From a virus (lineage: Duplodnaviria; Caudoviricetes), in the IMG/VR virus record IMGVR_UViG_3300037722_000745, positions 1-64,000 of that record: a DNA stretch of 64,000 nucleotides; one strand, 5' to 3'. The translations under genes and the position numbers were made by a program. Numbering within the stretch: the first letter of the stretch is position 1; every line of letters starts with the position of its first letter. Shown one piece after another: positions 1 through 9,050 of the stretch. The notes beneath the pieces were generated by a model. The model did not search any database. It was not told the DNA's origin and saw only the letters and a program-made list of their open reading frames with translations.

Positions 1-257
1 CTTGAGGGAGGTGAAAGCCTCCCTCGTAATTGAAACGTTGAGGACGCGACGTCTGAAGTCAAAACCGCGTTGACCTTGAGGGAGGTGAAAGCCTCCCTCG
101 TAATTGAAACGTGTTCAAAAACTCGGGCGATCCCTTGCGCGCGTAGACTTGAGGGAGGTGAAAGCCTCCCTCGTAATTGAAACGTGAGAGTGGTCCCAGG
201 ATGCCAATCTCTCTGCCGGGACTTGAGGGAGGTGAAAGCCTCCCTCGTAATTGAAAC
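1..257 (+). CRISPR. CRISPR array 1 (4 repeats, 3 spacers; may continue left of the window)
   Basis: Identical 36-nt repeat CTTGAGGGAGGTGAAAGCCTCCCTCGTAATTGAAAC at 1, 75, 148, 222; unique spacers of 38, 37, 38 nt; repeat has a GAGGGAGG/CCTCCCTC stem, GAAA loop and ATTGAAAC 3' handle. Confidence 0.97.
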
Positions 258-272
258 GAACAAACAAACGAC

Positions 273-713
273 CTACACGATGAGCCGAGTTCGCACCCAG
301 TCGGGTAAAGGATCACTCACCCGAAACCCGAATGCCAACCAGTAGGGAGGTTCGGTGGGTAATTGCAGAACTCGTCCTGCAATTACGATCTTCTGGAAGA
401 GGATCCCATACCCCACGATGATGGCGCTTGCGTTGGGCATAGTCTTGGCCCTATCGAAGATCGCTTCTGCCGTGGTGTTGAACACGTCCAGCACCCACTG
501 TTCTTGAGCAGGGGGTGCAAAAATATAGACCCTCTCTCGAGCATCCCCGAAGGTTAGAGCGAGTACAAGCACGGCTTCGAGCACTTCAGGGTTCAGTGCA
601 GAGTCAGAAAACCCTCGAGACTCCGGGAACTTGCTGTACAGCTCATCCTGCACAGCTGTTGGTTTCTTCCCCAGTAATGTGAAATGCTTGGTCTGAATGT
701 TGGACGAAGCCAT
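273..713 (-). CDS. hypothetical protein
   Basis: 146-aa ORF; GGTGTA element 10 nt upstream of the ATG. Confidence 0.7.
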   Translation of the reverse strand: MASSNIQTKHFTLLGKKPTAVQDELYSKFPESRGFSDSALNPEVLEAVLVLALTFGDARERVYIFAPPAQEQWVLDVFNTTAEAIFDRAKTMPNASAIIVGYGILFQKIVIAGRVLQLPTEPPYWLAFGFRVSDPLPDWVRTRLIV

Positions 714-723
714 GTGAGTTGTC

Positions 724-729
724 TACACC
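724..729 (-). promoter_or_regulatory. GGTGTA element (first of at least 14 copies found 9-12 nt upstream of start codons)
   Basis: Minus-strand copies (TACACC/TACACT/TACACG on +) at 724, 2881, 3187, 19452, 20974, 23025, 26534, 31989, 33925, 34205, 36538, 38100, 54830; plus-strand GGTGTA at 48503. Confidence 0.7.
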
Positions 730-879
730 ACGCGGCGACGTCTAGGACCTGAAAACGATCAGATTCGTCAGTGTGCAACACCCATACCAACACAACATGC
801 CCGTTAGTTCTCTTGTCCAGTGTCTAAATCATGGCTGACGCCGGACAGGTGTAGTAACTCCACTCACCAGGAGCAATGG

Positions 880-1713
880 ATGCGGCATTTAGGTATTGTT
901 CTTCTCTTCCTAACGTCTTGTGTCGGGGAGGCTCAAGAGGTTGCAACCCCAACAGCGGCGATTGTCCGGGAGGTTCCTTCTTCAGTGGAGCCGGTGCCAG
1001 TTGAGCCCACTCGAATGGTAGTGGTACCGGAGCGAGATCGTAAACGCCACACTGCAGTGCTGCTAGCGCGTGTGGCGATCAACGAAAACACTCGCCCCCT
1101 GCGCCCAGTCGAAGACAAGGGGACGGGAGGTCAGCCGACGGCTGATGCTAAGGCGATGATCCAAGAGCAAGTCGCTTTCGCTGAGTGGAAGAACGTCAGC
1201 TTGCGAGGAGCGATTGAATGGCAGTCCAAGTATGTGGCCGGAGTAGAAGAACCGAAAGAGGGTTCGCAACACGCTTGGACCTCGACGCTACCATCTCGAG
1301 GCGATGCCATGCCTAGAGGTTGGGTAGAGTGCACCAAAGAGATCCGAGCCGCCGGCACCGAGTGCGACGGGAATTGGGAAGTCTACGCTGACAACTGGGT
1401 TCGTTTCCGCACTTGGATGATCCAAGTCATTGTCCACGAGGGGCAAATCGAAGCTGAATGCGACGGAAACCCTATCACCTGGGGCTGCAGTGATGACGAC
1501 AAAATTGCCATCAACAGAGGTTTGTGTGTCATCGAGGGCTGCGGGGACCGTAACACATGGTGGGCATTCCCAGGTCATGGGTGTGATGAGCCAATGCGGG
1601 AGGTATTGGTAAGGGAGGGCTTGAAAAGGGAGTCCAGTTCCGTGTCCGCCCGAGAGATTATGAAGTCACTGAGAGAGAACTCCGACGACGACCAGTATGA
1701 CGACCCGTCCTGA
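880..1713 (+). CDS. putative lipoprotein, Cys-rich C-terminal part
   Basis: AGGAG 6 nt before ATG 880; hydrophobic N-terminus ending in lipobox-like LTSC. Confidence 0.65.
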   Translation: MRHLGIVLLFLTSCVGEAQEVATPTAAIVREVPSSVEPVPVEPTRMVVVPERDRKRHTAVLLARVAINENTRPLRPVEDKGTGGQPTADAKAMIQEQVAFAEWKNVSLRGAIEWQSKYVAGVEEPKEGSQHAWTSTLPSRGDAMPRGWVECTKEIRAAGTECDGNWEVYADNWVRFRTWMIQVIVHEGQIEAECDGNPITWGCSDDDKIAINRGLCVIEGCGDRNTWWAFPGHGCDEPMREVLVREGLKRESSSVSAREIMKSLRENSDDDQYDDPS

Positions 1714-2167
1714 GGATTCCTTTATTCCGCCACTACTGAGAGCGAGGTTAAGGATGACCGAACAAGATCTACTAGACTTTCGTCGCCGCTGCGTGGCGGC
1801 TCAGACAAACCATCGCACGATCGCGAAAGCAGAACACTACGCAGCTAGGTTGGAAGAGATTGCAGGGTCAATGCCCCTTGATCGAGGGATGCCAAAGAAT
1901 TCGACCCAACACTTGCTAGCTCTAACCGACAAGGCCCTGCGAGTCCTCTCTGGGGAAGAGACCGCAACCGCAAAGGCTGCTCCCAAAAAGGCGGCCAAAA
2001 AGGCGGCCAAAAAGAAATCGTCTAAGACAGCACATAAGCCTGTTGCCGAAACGACTGCTGCAGACAGCAGCGACAGTGAGCCTGCAGTGGATCCTGCAAA
2101 AGATCCTACCGGACCCGAAAGCAGCGACAGTGAGCACGCAGGGGAACCCGAGGACCCGACAGCCTAG
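1697..2167 (+). CDS. hypothetical protein with histone-H1-like KKAAKK tract
   Basis: AKAAPKKAAKKAAKKKSSK followed by an acidic tail with a duplicated SSDSE. Confidence 0.65.
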   Translation: MTTRPEDSFIPPLLRARLRMTEQDLLDFRRRCVAAQTNHRTIAKAEHYAARLEEIAGSMPLDRGMPKNSTQHLLALTDKALRVLSGEETATAKAAPKKAAKKAAKKKSSKTAHKPVAETTAADSSDSEPAVDPAKDPTGPESSDSEHAGEPEDPTA

Positions 2168-2871
2168 ATCAGCGTCGAGACCGCTTTAGTTGTAGCCTCA
2201 CGTAGATGGTCTAACGTTTGGTTGTTTTGAACCACGCTATCGAATTCGGAATCGGGAATTCCTCGCTGCTCCGATTCCGATTGGTGCCTTCCGTAGACAC
2301 CTTCTAGACCGGCGCCATCACGTAGGACCCGAATCACTTTTCCGCCGGCCTCTTTGATCATCTTGATCTCGTTGCGGAAGCGAACGTCTGGGATCACCAC
2401 ACCGACAAAGGAAGAGGGCTGACACAACAACCCTTCTTTCTGGGTGTAGTTGTAAGCTCCCGTCAGGATTTGATTTGCTGTGCGCACCCCAAGAGCCGCC
2501 CAGGTGTCCGGATAGCACTCGCGGCCCCATTCTGAACCTAACCGTTGAAGGGCCTCCCGAGGGGGCAAACAGGTGATACGAGTCCCGTTACAGTCGGGAC
2601 ACTTTTCGTCTAGCCCTACATGGTCAGCGCTGTAATGACCGTGACCGTGACATGATCGGCAAGGCCGTGGGTAGCGCTCATCTGGGATGTTCCTCGTCTC
2701 ACTGGGCCCCCACAGCTGATCGTCAGTGAACGCGTATACGTCGCGGACTATGCGCTTCAGAGGGTCGGCCAGCGCGACTTTGACAAAGTTGTGATCAGAA
2801 ACCAAGACGTCCGCCACACTATCTTTCCCTGAACTTGCGAAACCAGAGACTCCAATGATGACTTTGGGCAT
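2164..2871 (-). CDS. deoxynucleoside monophosphate kinase with inserted Zn finger
   Basis: N-terminal P-loop GVSGFASSGKD, ALADPLK, LQRLGSEWGR, IPDVRFRNE; CxxCxGxG...CxxCxG insert. Confidence 0.88.
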   Translation of the reverse strand: MPKVIIGVSGFASSGKDSVADVLVSDHNFVKVALADPLKRIVRDVYAFTDDQLWGPSETRNIPDERYPRPCRSCHGHGHYSADHVGLDEKCPDCNGTRITCLPPREALQRLGSEWGRECYPDTWAALGVRTANQILTGAYNYTQKEGLLCQPSSFVGVVIPDVRFRNEIKMIKEAGGKVIRVLRDGAGLEGVYGRHQSESEQRGIPDSEFDSVVQNNQTLDHLREATTKAVSTLI

Positions 2872-2902
2872 GCGGGCCCATACACCAGGCGCTGTGGCTT
2901 GA

Positions 2903-3175
2903 TCACTTCACGAGACCGCGCTGGCGAAGGTGATACAGCTCGTCCCCGAGCCATGTGATCTCTTGCAGACGGAACCACGGAGAGCGCGTTGGTTGCCCTA
3001 TCCCCTGTGTGATGCGCACACGGAAGTAGGGCTTCAGCCTCGGTCCATACGCGATCCCAGTCACCATCCCGGTCACCCCCTTTAGACCCTCTCGTGGGGC
3101 GTTTACCTCTACGATGTCACGGATGCTGATCCCCTTGACCTGGAGGTAAGGATCGCGGCGCTTACCCAGTCGCAT
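2903..3175 (-). CDS. small KOW/SH3-like hypothetical protein
   Basis: 90-aa ORF, IRDIVEV...GVTGMVTGI pattern; GGTGTA element 11 nt upstream. Confidence 0.55.
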   Translation of the reverse strand: MRLGKRRDPYLQVKGISIRDIVEVNAPREGLKGVTGMVTGIAYGPRLKPYFRVRITQGIGQPTRSPWFRLQEITWLGDELYHLRQRGLVK

Positions 3176-3194
3176 GGAGTTCTTGCTACACCGC

Positions 3195-4364
3195 TTACCG
3201 CATCGCCTCGGAGAGCACGGTGAACACCATACCCAGAGTGGCCCAGTCGGTCATCGGATCACGAAGCATATCCCCGACCGTGGTGACCTCTACGTAGGTC
3301 CGCTCGGAATCCTCTTCGACCCCATGGGCTTGACCGCGTAAGGTATGGAAGTAGTCCAGTTCAGCGGCCGTGATCTCTGCCGAGTAGGCATAAGCACAGA
3401 CAGAAGATAGCGTTCCGTAGAGTTGACGAGAAGACGCTGGTATCAAACGATCGGGATCGATATCGAATAATACCTCTTCATTCAACTCCTCGACCGCAGT
3501 GATTTTTGGGTCGGTCCCAGGTTTGGACGATCCGCCCGGCATCTCCCGGATGAAACCGTCTGACGTTCGACTAGGGCTCCTGAACTCCCGAACTAGGACA
3601 ACCTCAGTGCCTCTGAGCGTAGGAGCACGATGCCACAAGACCACCGAGGATATGTCAGGTCGGCCAAACACAAATTCGTTGCTTTTGACACGATCCTCCG
3701 ACGCAACATAGACCGACACCTTCAAGACCCAACAGAAGATGCGACGTGCTTTGGGCATGATGGATAGCCACAAGACCCGAGAGTCTAGAAGCTCGTTTCC
3801 TGCTCCCCTCTGCGCTTGATACCAACTCTGAAAGCTTTCTTGCTGCCAGATGTAAAGAGGTACGGTCGTCTCCCCTCCGGTACGAACGGCTCCCTCGCCA
3901 ACCATGTCAACAGCGGCTTCAAGGGCCTTGAGCAGTGTGGTGGCTTGCGGCACCTGAAGCTTATTGGCGTAGTACCGTTGGTAGGTGACCTTGGGGGCTG
4001 TGTCTGGCGCTCCTAACACCACCTTACCGGAGTATTTCCAGAGGCCCCACTCATCGTTCGTCGTGAATCCGGGCAGCCTCTCCAAGTCCCGCGGGATCCA
4101 GAACAAGATGCAGTCGGCTCGATTGAGAGCTGCCTCTTCCCATTCAACTTGCTCGTCGTAGTTCTCAGCCCACTTACCGTCGGCTGGCTCTGGTATATAC
4201 ACGTGACCGTCATACCCCAGCGACCTGAGGACCTGAAGTGCGGAAGGTCTCCAGCTCTCAACCTCAGACTCCCCTTTCTTGGGTTTGCGAGGGGTCGGTC
4301 CCGCGAGGAAGATGGACTTAGTTACTTTGGTTGGGAGAGGCTGACGTGCGTAGACTGGGATCAT
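3195..4364 (-). CDS. nucleoside 2-deoxyribosyltransferase-like domain fused to NUDIX hydrolase
   Basis: SIFLAGPT..SWR..EQVEWEEAALNRADCILFWIPRD..PGFTTNDEWG (NDT-like); C-terminal LVREFRSP..MPGGSS..TAVEELNEEV (NUDIX box variant). Confidence 0.85.
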   Translation of the reverse strand: MIPVYARQPLPTKVTKSIFLAGPTPRKPKKGESEVESWRPSALQVLRSLGYDGHVYIPEPADGKWAENYDEQVEWEEAALNRADCILFWIPRDLERLPGFTTNDEWGLWKYSGKVVLGAPDTAPKVTYQRYYANKLQVPQATTLLKALEAAVDMVGEGAVRTGGETTVPLYIWQQESFQSWYQAQRGAGNELLDSRVLWLSIMPKARRIFCWVLKVSVYVASEDRVKSNEFVFGRPDISSVVLWHRAPTLRGTEVVLVREFRSPSRTSDGFIREMPGGSSKPGTDPKITAVEELNEEVLFDIDPDRLIPASSRQLYGTLSSVCAYAYSAEITAAELDYFHTLRGQAHGVEEDSERTYVEVTTVGDMLRDPMTDWATLGMVFTVLSEAMR

Positions 4365-6096
4365 TGGTGGCGCCCTCTGACAAGGCTCGAAGCGTTCGCT
4401 TGGCAGCTTCGCGCTTCGCTTCCTTCTTGGAAGTCGCCTTGCCCTCCGCCGCTACACCAAAGAATTCACAATTACACACAAACGATGCCTGAGGATCCCC
4501 CGAGGAAGAAAAGCTATAGGTGGGTAACGCATGCCCTCGGCCTTGGGCCCATTCCTGCAACTCTGAAATGGGGTCCTTCCCGGCAATGACAGGTGACACT
4601 ACTGTGGAGGGTGCAAGAGCGTGGTCGTCCAACTCCAACGCAAAGGCGGCACGCCCCGCGAGAAAGCGTAGGGCCGCATGTTGCTTCGCTTTCTTCTTCG
4701 TGGTGCCAAAGCCAATTGCCCGTTCCTCGCCTTGTTGGGCCGCACACTCGAACTGAGGGGGCGCTGAAGAGAGGGTCGTTTCGTGAAACTCAACCCCTTC
4801 CCAACCCATCTGTGATGCCATGGCGAGAACCGAGACCGCCAACTCAGGCTTCCCCTGCAGGTATTGGACTGCCGCTCGTCGCAGGGGAACCCAGTCTTCG
4901 GGCGCCTCTGTGAAGGCCAAGGTGATGCAGACGAGAGGAAGCTGGTTGTCTCCTAGACGTCGCTCGTACTCGTCTATCAAACCCTCGCTGGGACAACCCC
5001 CTGAACGAGCTTCTACTTTGACAACGCGTTCCAGCTGTTTGTCGTTCAGATGACGTAAGCGTCCCCGCTCAACACGGCGTTGGGCGACCCGCGTTGCCGT
5101 GTTCTTCATGTGATTGGCTTTGGTCCGTCGTAGTTCCTCTAGCCCTGTGTTGATGCGTTCCGCTAGCTCGTCAAGCTGTGACTTATCACGAGGGTAAGGT
5201 CCACCAAGAAGATGCGCCCGCAGTTGCCCGTGGTTGAGCAAGTCGGGGTAGCGTCGGATCGGACTGGTAGCGTGCAGGTAGGCCGGTAGGTTCAGCCCAT
5301 AGTGCCCCGTGAGGGTGGCTCCGTAATGTGCTCGATCGAGCAGTAGGTGTGTCCGCTGGCGGACCGTATCAAGACTCACCAACGGCGTGTGTAGAGCGTC
5401 CTCAATCTGGCGCATCAGCTCAGACCGATCGGGAGCCGCTGCCCGAGCCACGTGGTTGCGAAACAAAAGCGGAATGTCTTGCTCTACAGCGAACTCGGCC
5501 ACGGCAGAGTTCGCCAACACCATAAGCTCTTGGACAACGATGTAGCCCACGGTGGCTTCGTGCTTCTTAATTTGTCGGAGATGCCCCTCTTCCGTGGTGA
5601 CCCACCCCGTGTTTAAGTCATAGAGAGCGAGCGCTCCCTGCAGCCGTCGTTGATTCAGCAACTGGTGGCTCAGAGTCACTGCGTGACGAAGCATCTCGGT
5701 GAAGGGAGTGTCCTGCGTCAGCACTGTTGGGATCTGTTCGTAGGAGAGCTTGGCTCTACTCTTGATGGTCGTCAGTCCCAGGCGGGTGTCGATCCGTTCT
5801 AAGTCGTTGTCGAGCTGGATTTCGATCGCCAACACCCTTCGGATTTTGTTCGGCCAAAGAGATAGGGTGGTCTCAGCCTGCCGGGGGAGCATGGGCAGAG
5901 TCCTGTTGGGTAGGTAACGGGACACAATGAGGTCCCGGGCCCGAAGATCGTCTTCGGAGTTAGGAGGGATTTCAGCCGCGGCATCGGCAATGTATATGAA
6001 GATCTTCCAACGATCTTCATATCTTTCGACCCACAGGGCGTCGTCCATATCCCGGGTCTCACGGGCGTCTATCGTAACAGCGGGCAAATTTCCCAT
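4318..6096 (-). CDS. RNase II/R (RNB) exoribonuclease with two C-terminal dsRNA-binding domains
   Basis: TIDARETRDMDDAL, TLPMLP, VQELMVLAN, HYGLNLPAYLHATSPIRRYPDL; dsRBDs ending FGTTKKKAKQHAA and KDPISELQEWAQ...GKATSKKEAKREAA. Probable start ATG 6096. Confidence 0.92.
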   Translation of the reverse strand: MGNLPAVTIDARETRDMDDALWVERYEDRWKIFIYIADAAAEIPPNSEDDLRARDLIVSRYLPNRTLPMLPRQAETTLSLWPNKIRRVLAIEIQLDNDLERIDTRLGLTTIKSRAKLSYEQIPTVLTQDTPFTEMLRHAVTLSHQLLNQRRLQGALALYDLNTGWVTTEEGHLRQIKKHEATVGYIVVQELMVLANSAVAEFAVEQDIPLLFRNHVARAAAPDRSELMRQIEDALHTPLVSLDTVRQRTHLLLDRAHYGATLTGHYGLNLPAYLHATSPIRRYPDLLNHGQLRAHLLGGPYPRDKSQLDELAERINTGLEELRRTKANHMKNTATRVAQRRVERGRLRHLNDKQLERVVKVEARSGGCPSEGLIDEYERRLGDNQLPLVCITLAFTEAPEDWVPLRRAAVQYLQGKPELAVSVLAMASQMGWEGVEFHETTLSSAPPQFECAAQQGEERAIGFGTTKKKAKQHAALRFLAGRAAFALELDDHALAPSTVVSPVIAGKDPISELQEWAQGRGHALPTYSFSSSGDPQASFVCNCEFFGVAAEGKATSKKEAKREAAKRTLRALSEGATNDPSLRTSASPNQSN

Positions 6097-6180
6097 TTTC
6101 TTTTTAGATTTAGCCGGGCTCCGGTGTAATACTTTCAACTCATCCCGTACTCTTTACCACGAGAGGGATGGATACACCGC

Positions 6181-6849
6181 ATGAGCCCAGACGTAGAAAA
6201 ATATCGGCGAGGTACCACTCGGGTGGAAGCGATCATCCTGAACATTGCTGGGTTCAGCGGGTTGGAGGCTCTTCCAGAGATCCGCGCTCGCTACAGTGAG
6301 CCGGGTCGTTTCTACCACACATGGGGGCACGCTATCGCCGTACTCGGCCGGGTCAACTACGTCTGCGAAGCCTTCTCTGGGGACGACTTGGCTCCCTTCA
6401 CACATGCTGATTTGCGACGGGCCGCCCTGCTCCACGATGTGATCTACGACGTGACGAAAGGCAGCCCACGGAACGAACAAGAGAGCGCCGCCTACGCCGC
6501 GACAGTGTTCTCGGATCCGGAGCGCTGCCAAGAGTTGATTCTGGCGACCGCAGAGCACGGCAAACCGGAAGCCGTCTCATTCCCCCTACCCGTGGCTCTC
6601 TTCCTCGATTCCGACTTGGCTTTCGCGTTCGCAGAAGAACGCTGGGAGAGTTTCGAGCAACGAAACCACGAGATCGAGCAAGAGTACATGCAGCACTTCG
6701 GTGCCATGGAAGTGCGGCGGGGGCGCCTTGCATTCCTACAACGTCTTCAGGGACAGCCTCACCTGTTCCTGACCGAGTATTTCCGAGAGCGCTTCGAGGC
6801 CAAGGCTCGCGAGCACCTGGGGCGCCTCATCGAGACGTACGAAGGGTAA
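6181..6849 (+). CDS. HD-superfamily metal-dependent phosphohydrolase (COG4339-like)
   Basis: RFYHTWGH, LLHDVIYD, NEQESA, LILAT..H, FLDSDLA, IEQEY, GRLAFL. Confidence 0.85.
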   Translation: MSPDVEKYRRGTTRVEAIILNIAGFSGLEALPEIRARYSEPGRFYHTWGHAIAVLGRVNYVCEAFSGDDLAPFTHADLRRAALLHDVIYDVTKGSPRNEQESAAYAATVFSDPERCQELILATAEHGKPEAVSFPLPVALFLDSDLAFAFAEERWESFEQRNHEIEQEYMQHFGAMEVRRGRLAFLQRLQGQPHLFLTEYFRERFEAKAREHLGRLIETYEG

Positions 6850-6852
6850 AGC

Positions 6853-7044
6853 ATGAGCGATGACGCCGGAACAATTCGATACGCCTCCGCGGGAGGCGAA
6901 GTCACCGTGATCCTGATCGGCTGCCAGTTTCTCTGCACTGCATGCGAGCAGTGGAAGCCGGGAGGGGAGTTCGGACTTCGGCGGATGCAGGACGGCAGCA
7001 TCCGTAACCAACCGCAGTGTAAGCCGTGCCGAGGGGAATACTGA
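6853..7044 (+). CDS. small Zn-finger protein
   Basis: CTAC..WKP..EF...CKPC; co-oriented and tightly packed. Confidence 0.6.
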   Translation: MSDDAGTIRYASAGGEVTVILIGCQFLCTACEQWKPGGEFGLRRMQDGSIRNQPQCKPCRGEY

Positions 7045-8147
7045 TGACTTACGACTGGAGCAACTACCACGGCAATCTGAAGAAGTGGCTGCCTGAGCGA
7101 ACTATCTACCTGACCCGCCACGGCAGCCACGCCTACGGCACGAACTTGCCGACCAGCGACCTGGACATCCGCGGCGTCACCATCGCTCCGATCCACTACT
7201 ACCTCGGAATCAGCGAGACGTTCGAGCAAGCTCTCCAGTCGAAGCCCGACGACTTCACGGTCTTCGACATCCGCAAGTTCGTGAAACTCGCGGCCGACGC
7301 CAACCCCAACGCTCTGGAGATCCTCTTCACCGATCCCGAGGATCACCTGCTGGTCACCCCGGCATCCGAGAAGCTGTTCGCTGCACGGCAGCACTTCCTG
7401 AGCAAGAAGGCCAAGCACACCTTCTCGGGTTACGCCCGAGCACAGATGAAGCGGATCCAGGGGCACTATCGGTGGCTCAAGGACCCGCCCAAGGCCCCGC
7501 CGACCCGGGCCGATTTCGGGCTACCCGAACGGACAGTCATCCCCGCAGACCAGCTCGCAGCGGCCCAGGCGGCCATCCAGAAGCAGATCGACCAGTGGGC
7601 CTGGCACGAGATGGAAGGGGTCGACCCTGCCATCCGCCAAGCTCTTCAAGACGAGTTCGCCCGCAGACTCGCTGAGATCACCCTCTGGGGTGAAGACGAG
7701 GTAGGCGATAAGACGTGGCGAGCCGCTTCTCGAGCGGTGGGCTATGACGCCAACTTCATCGAGCTACTGGACATGGAGCGCCGATACACGACCAAGCTCC
7801 GCGAGTGGCAGAATTACCAGAAGTGGCTCCGGGAGCGGAACCCAGCTCGTGCTGAATTGGAAGCTAAGTACGGAATGGACACCAAACACGCATCGCACCT
7901 CGTGCGTATCACTCGCATGTGCCGGGAGCTGTTGACCGAGGGTGTCGTTCGGGTTCGCCGGCCGGATGCTGCGGAGCTGCTGGCAATCCGCAACGGCGCC
8001 TGGACCTACGAAGAGCTGCTGGAGTACAGCGAACGTCAGGATGCAGAGCTGAACGAGCTGGTCAAGACTTCGACGCTGCCCAAGCAGCCAAACCGCAAGG
8101 CCCTCGACCAGCTCTGTATCGATCTGATTCAAGGGGCCAACGCATGA
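7044..8147 (+). CDS. pol-beta superfamily nucleotidyltransferase (RlaP-like)
   Basis: HGSHAYGTNLPTSDLDIRGV, ANPNALEIL, TFSGYARAQ, DTKHASHLVRI, LLAIRNGAW; ATGA overlap with the upstream gene. Confidence 0.88.
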   Translation: MTYDWSNYHGNLKKWLPERTIYLTRHGSHAYGTNLPTSDLDIRGVTIAPIHYYLGISETFEQALQSKPDDFTVFDIRKFVKLAADANPNALEILFTDPEDHLLVTPASEKLFAARQHFLSKKAKHTFSGYARAQMKRIQGHYRWLKDPPKAPPTRADFGLPERTVIPADQLAAAQAAIQKQIDQWAWHEMEGVDPAIRQALQDEFARRLAEITLWGEDEVGDKTWRAASRAVGYDANFIELLDMERRYTTKLREWQNYQKWLRERNPARAELEAKYGMDTKHASHLVRITRMCRELLTEGVVRVRRPDAAELLAIRNGAWTYEELLEYSERQDAELNELVKTSTLPKQPNRKALDQLCIDLIQGANA

Positions 8148-8986
8148 CCCACATGGACGAATCCGCCGCCATCATCGCCATTAAATCCCACATGGACGAT
8201 CTACTGGCCCGTGTCAACTCCGCCACCAAGTACCCTTCCATCGAAACGTATCACCGGCTTGAGCGGGGCAGACTCACGGACGAAGTTCAGGTGGACTTCG
8301 CGGGTGTAGGAGACATCATCGCGACCGAGAAGATCGATGGCACCAACTCGCGCGTCCTCCTGTTTCTCAACCACGAAGTCCTTCCCTGGCTGTTCGAGAA
8401 GTACCTCATCGGCTCCCGGGAAGATCTGCTGCACGCGAGGGGCGACCTCATCTACAACCCCGCCCAAGGTATCGTCGAAGGGGTGCGTCCTTTCGCAGAG
8501 CGGGTCCACAGTGGATCCCTGTGGAATAATAAGATCTACGTGTTCTTCGGCGAGGTCTACGGGGGCCGAGGAGTCACCCAAGCCAGCAAATTCTACTCTA
8601 AAGACGGATCCCAAGTCGGCTTCCGCCTATTCGACGCCATCGAATTCAAGGTACAGGACTTTCGTGACCTCATCGAGATGCCCAAGGAGAAAATCGCGGC
8701 CTGGCGCCAAAGCGGAGGTCAGCCCTTTGTGTCCGAGGCACGACTTCAGGAGTTCGCAGAGATGTTCGAGGTAGAGCTGACTCCTCGATTTGCAGCCCCG
8801 CCCATCCCCACCGAGCCCCACGAGACCCACGAGTGGCTCAAGCAGGTGCTGGCCGAAGGCTCTCGAGCCGTCCTTGGGGACGAGCCTGGCAAAGGCAAAC
8901 CCGAGGGCGTTGTGGTGCGAACCAGCGACCGCTCCAAGATCGCCAAGATCCGCTTCGAGGACTACGAAAGAGCTAACCGCAGATAA
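8144..8986 (+). CDS. ATP-dependent RNA ligase (Rnl2-like)
   Basis: KYPSIETY, motif I TEKIDGTN, FGEVYG, RLFDA, PEGVVVR, KIRFEDY; ATGA overlap at 8144. Confidence 0.85.
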   Translation: MTHMDESAAIIAIKSHMDDLLARVNSATKYPSIETYHRLERGRLTDEVQVDFAGVGDIIATEKIDGTNSRVLLFLNHEVLPWLFEKYLIGSREDLLHARGDLIYNPAQGIVEGVRPFAERVHSGSLWNNKIYVFFGEVYGGRGVTQASKFYSKDGSQVGFRLFDAIEFKVQDFRDLIEMPKEKIAAWRQSGGQPFVSEARLQEFAEMFEVELTPRFAAPPIPTEPHETHEWLKQVLAEGSRAVLGDEPGKGKPEGVVVRTSDRSKIAKIRFEDYERANRR

Positions 8987-9050
8987 ACAGCGTAAGGTTC
9001 TCGAGTTCTGCATTGACCAACGGGCGCTACCACGAGTTGTGGTTAGAACG

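Noticed and set aside
59-316. ORFs across CRISPR repeats (also 10704-10970, 61214-61693, 61324-61548, 61585-61881)
   Set aside because: They are translations of repeats and spacers (recurring FQLRGRLSPP or LREVKASLVIET).
6181-6849. HD protein as a Cas3 nuclease domain
   Set aside because: Motif spacing fits the stand-alone COG4339-like family; no helicase or Cascade genes nearby.
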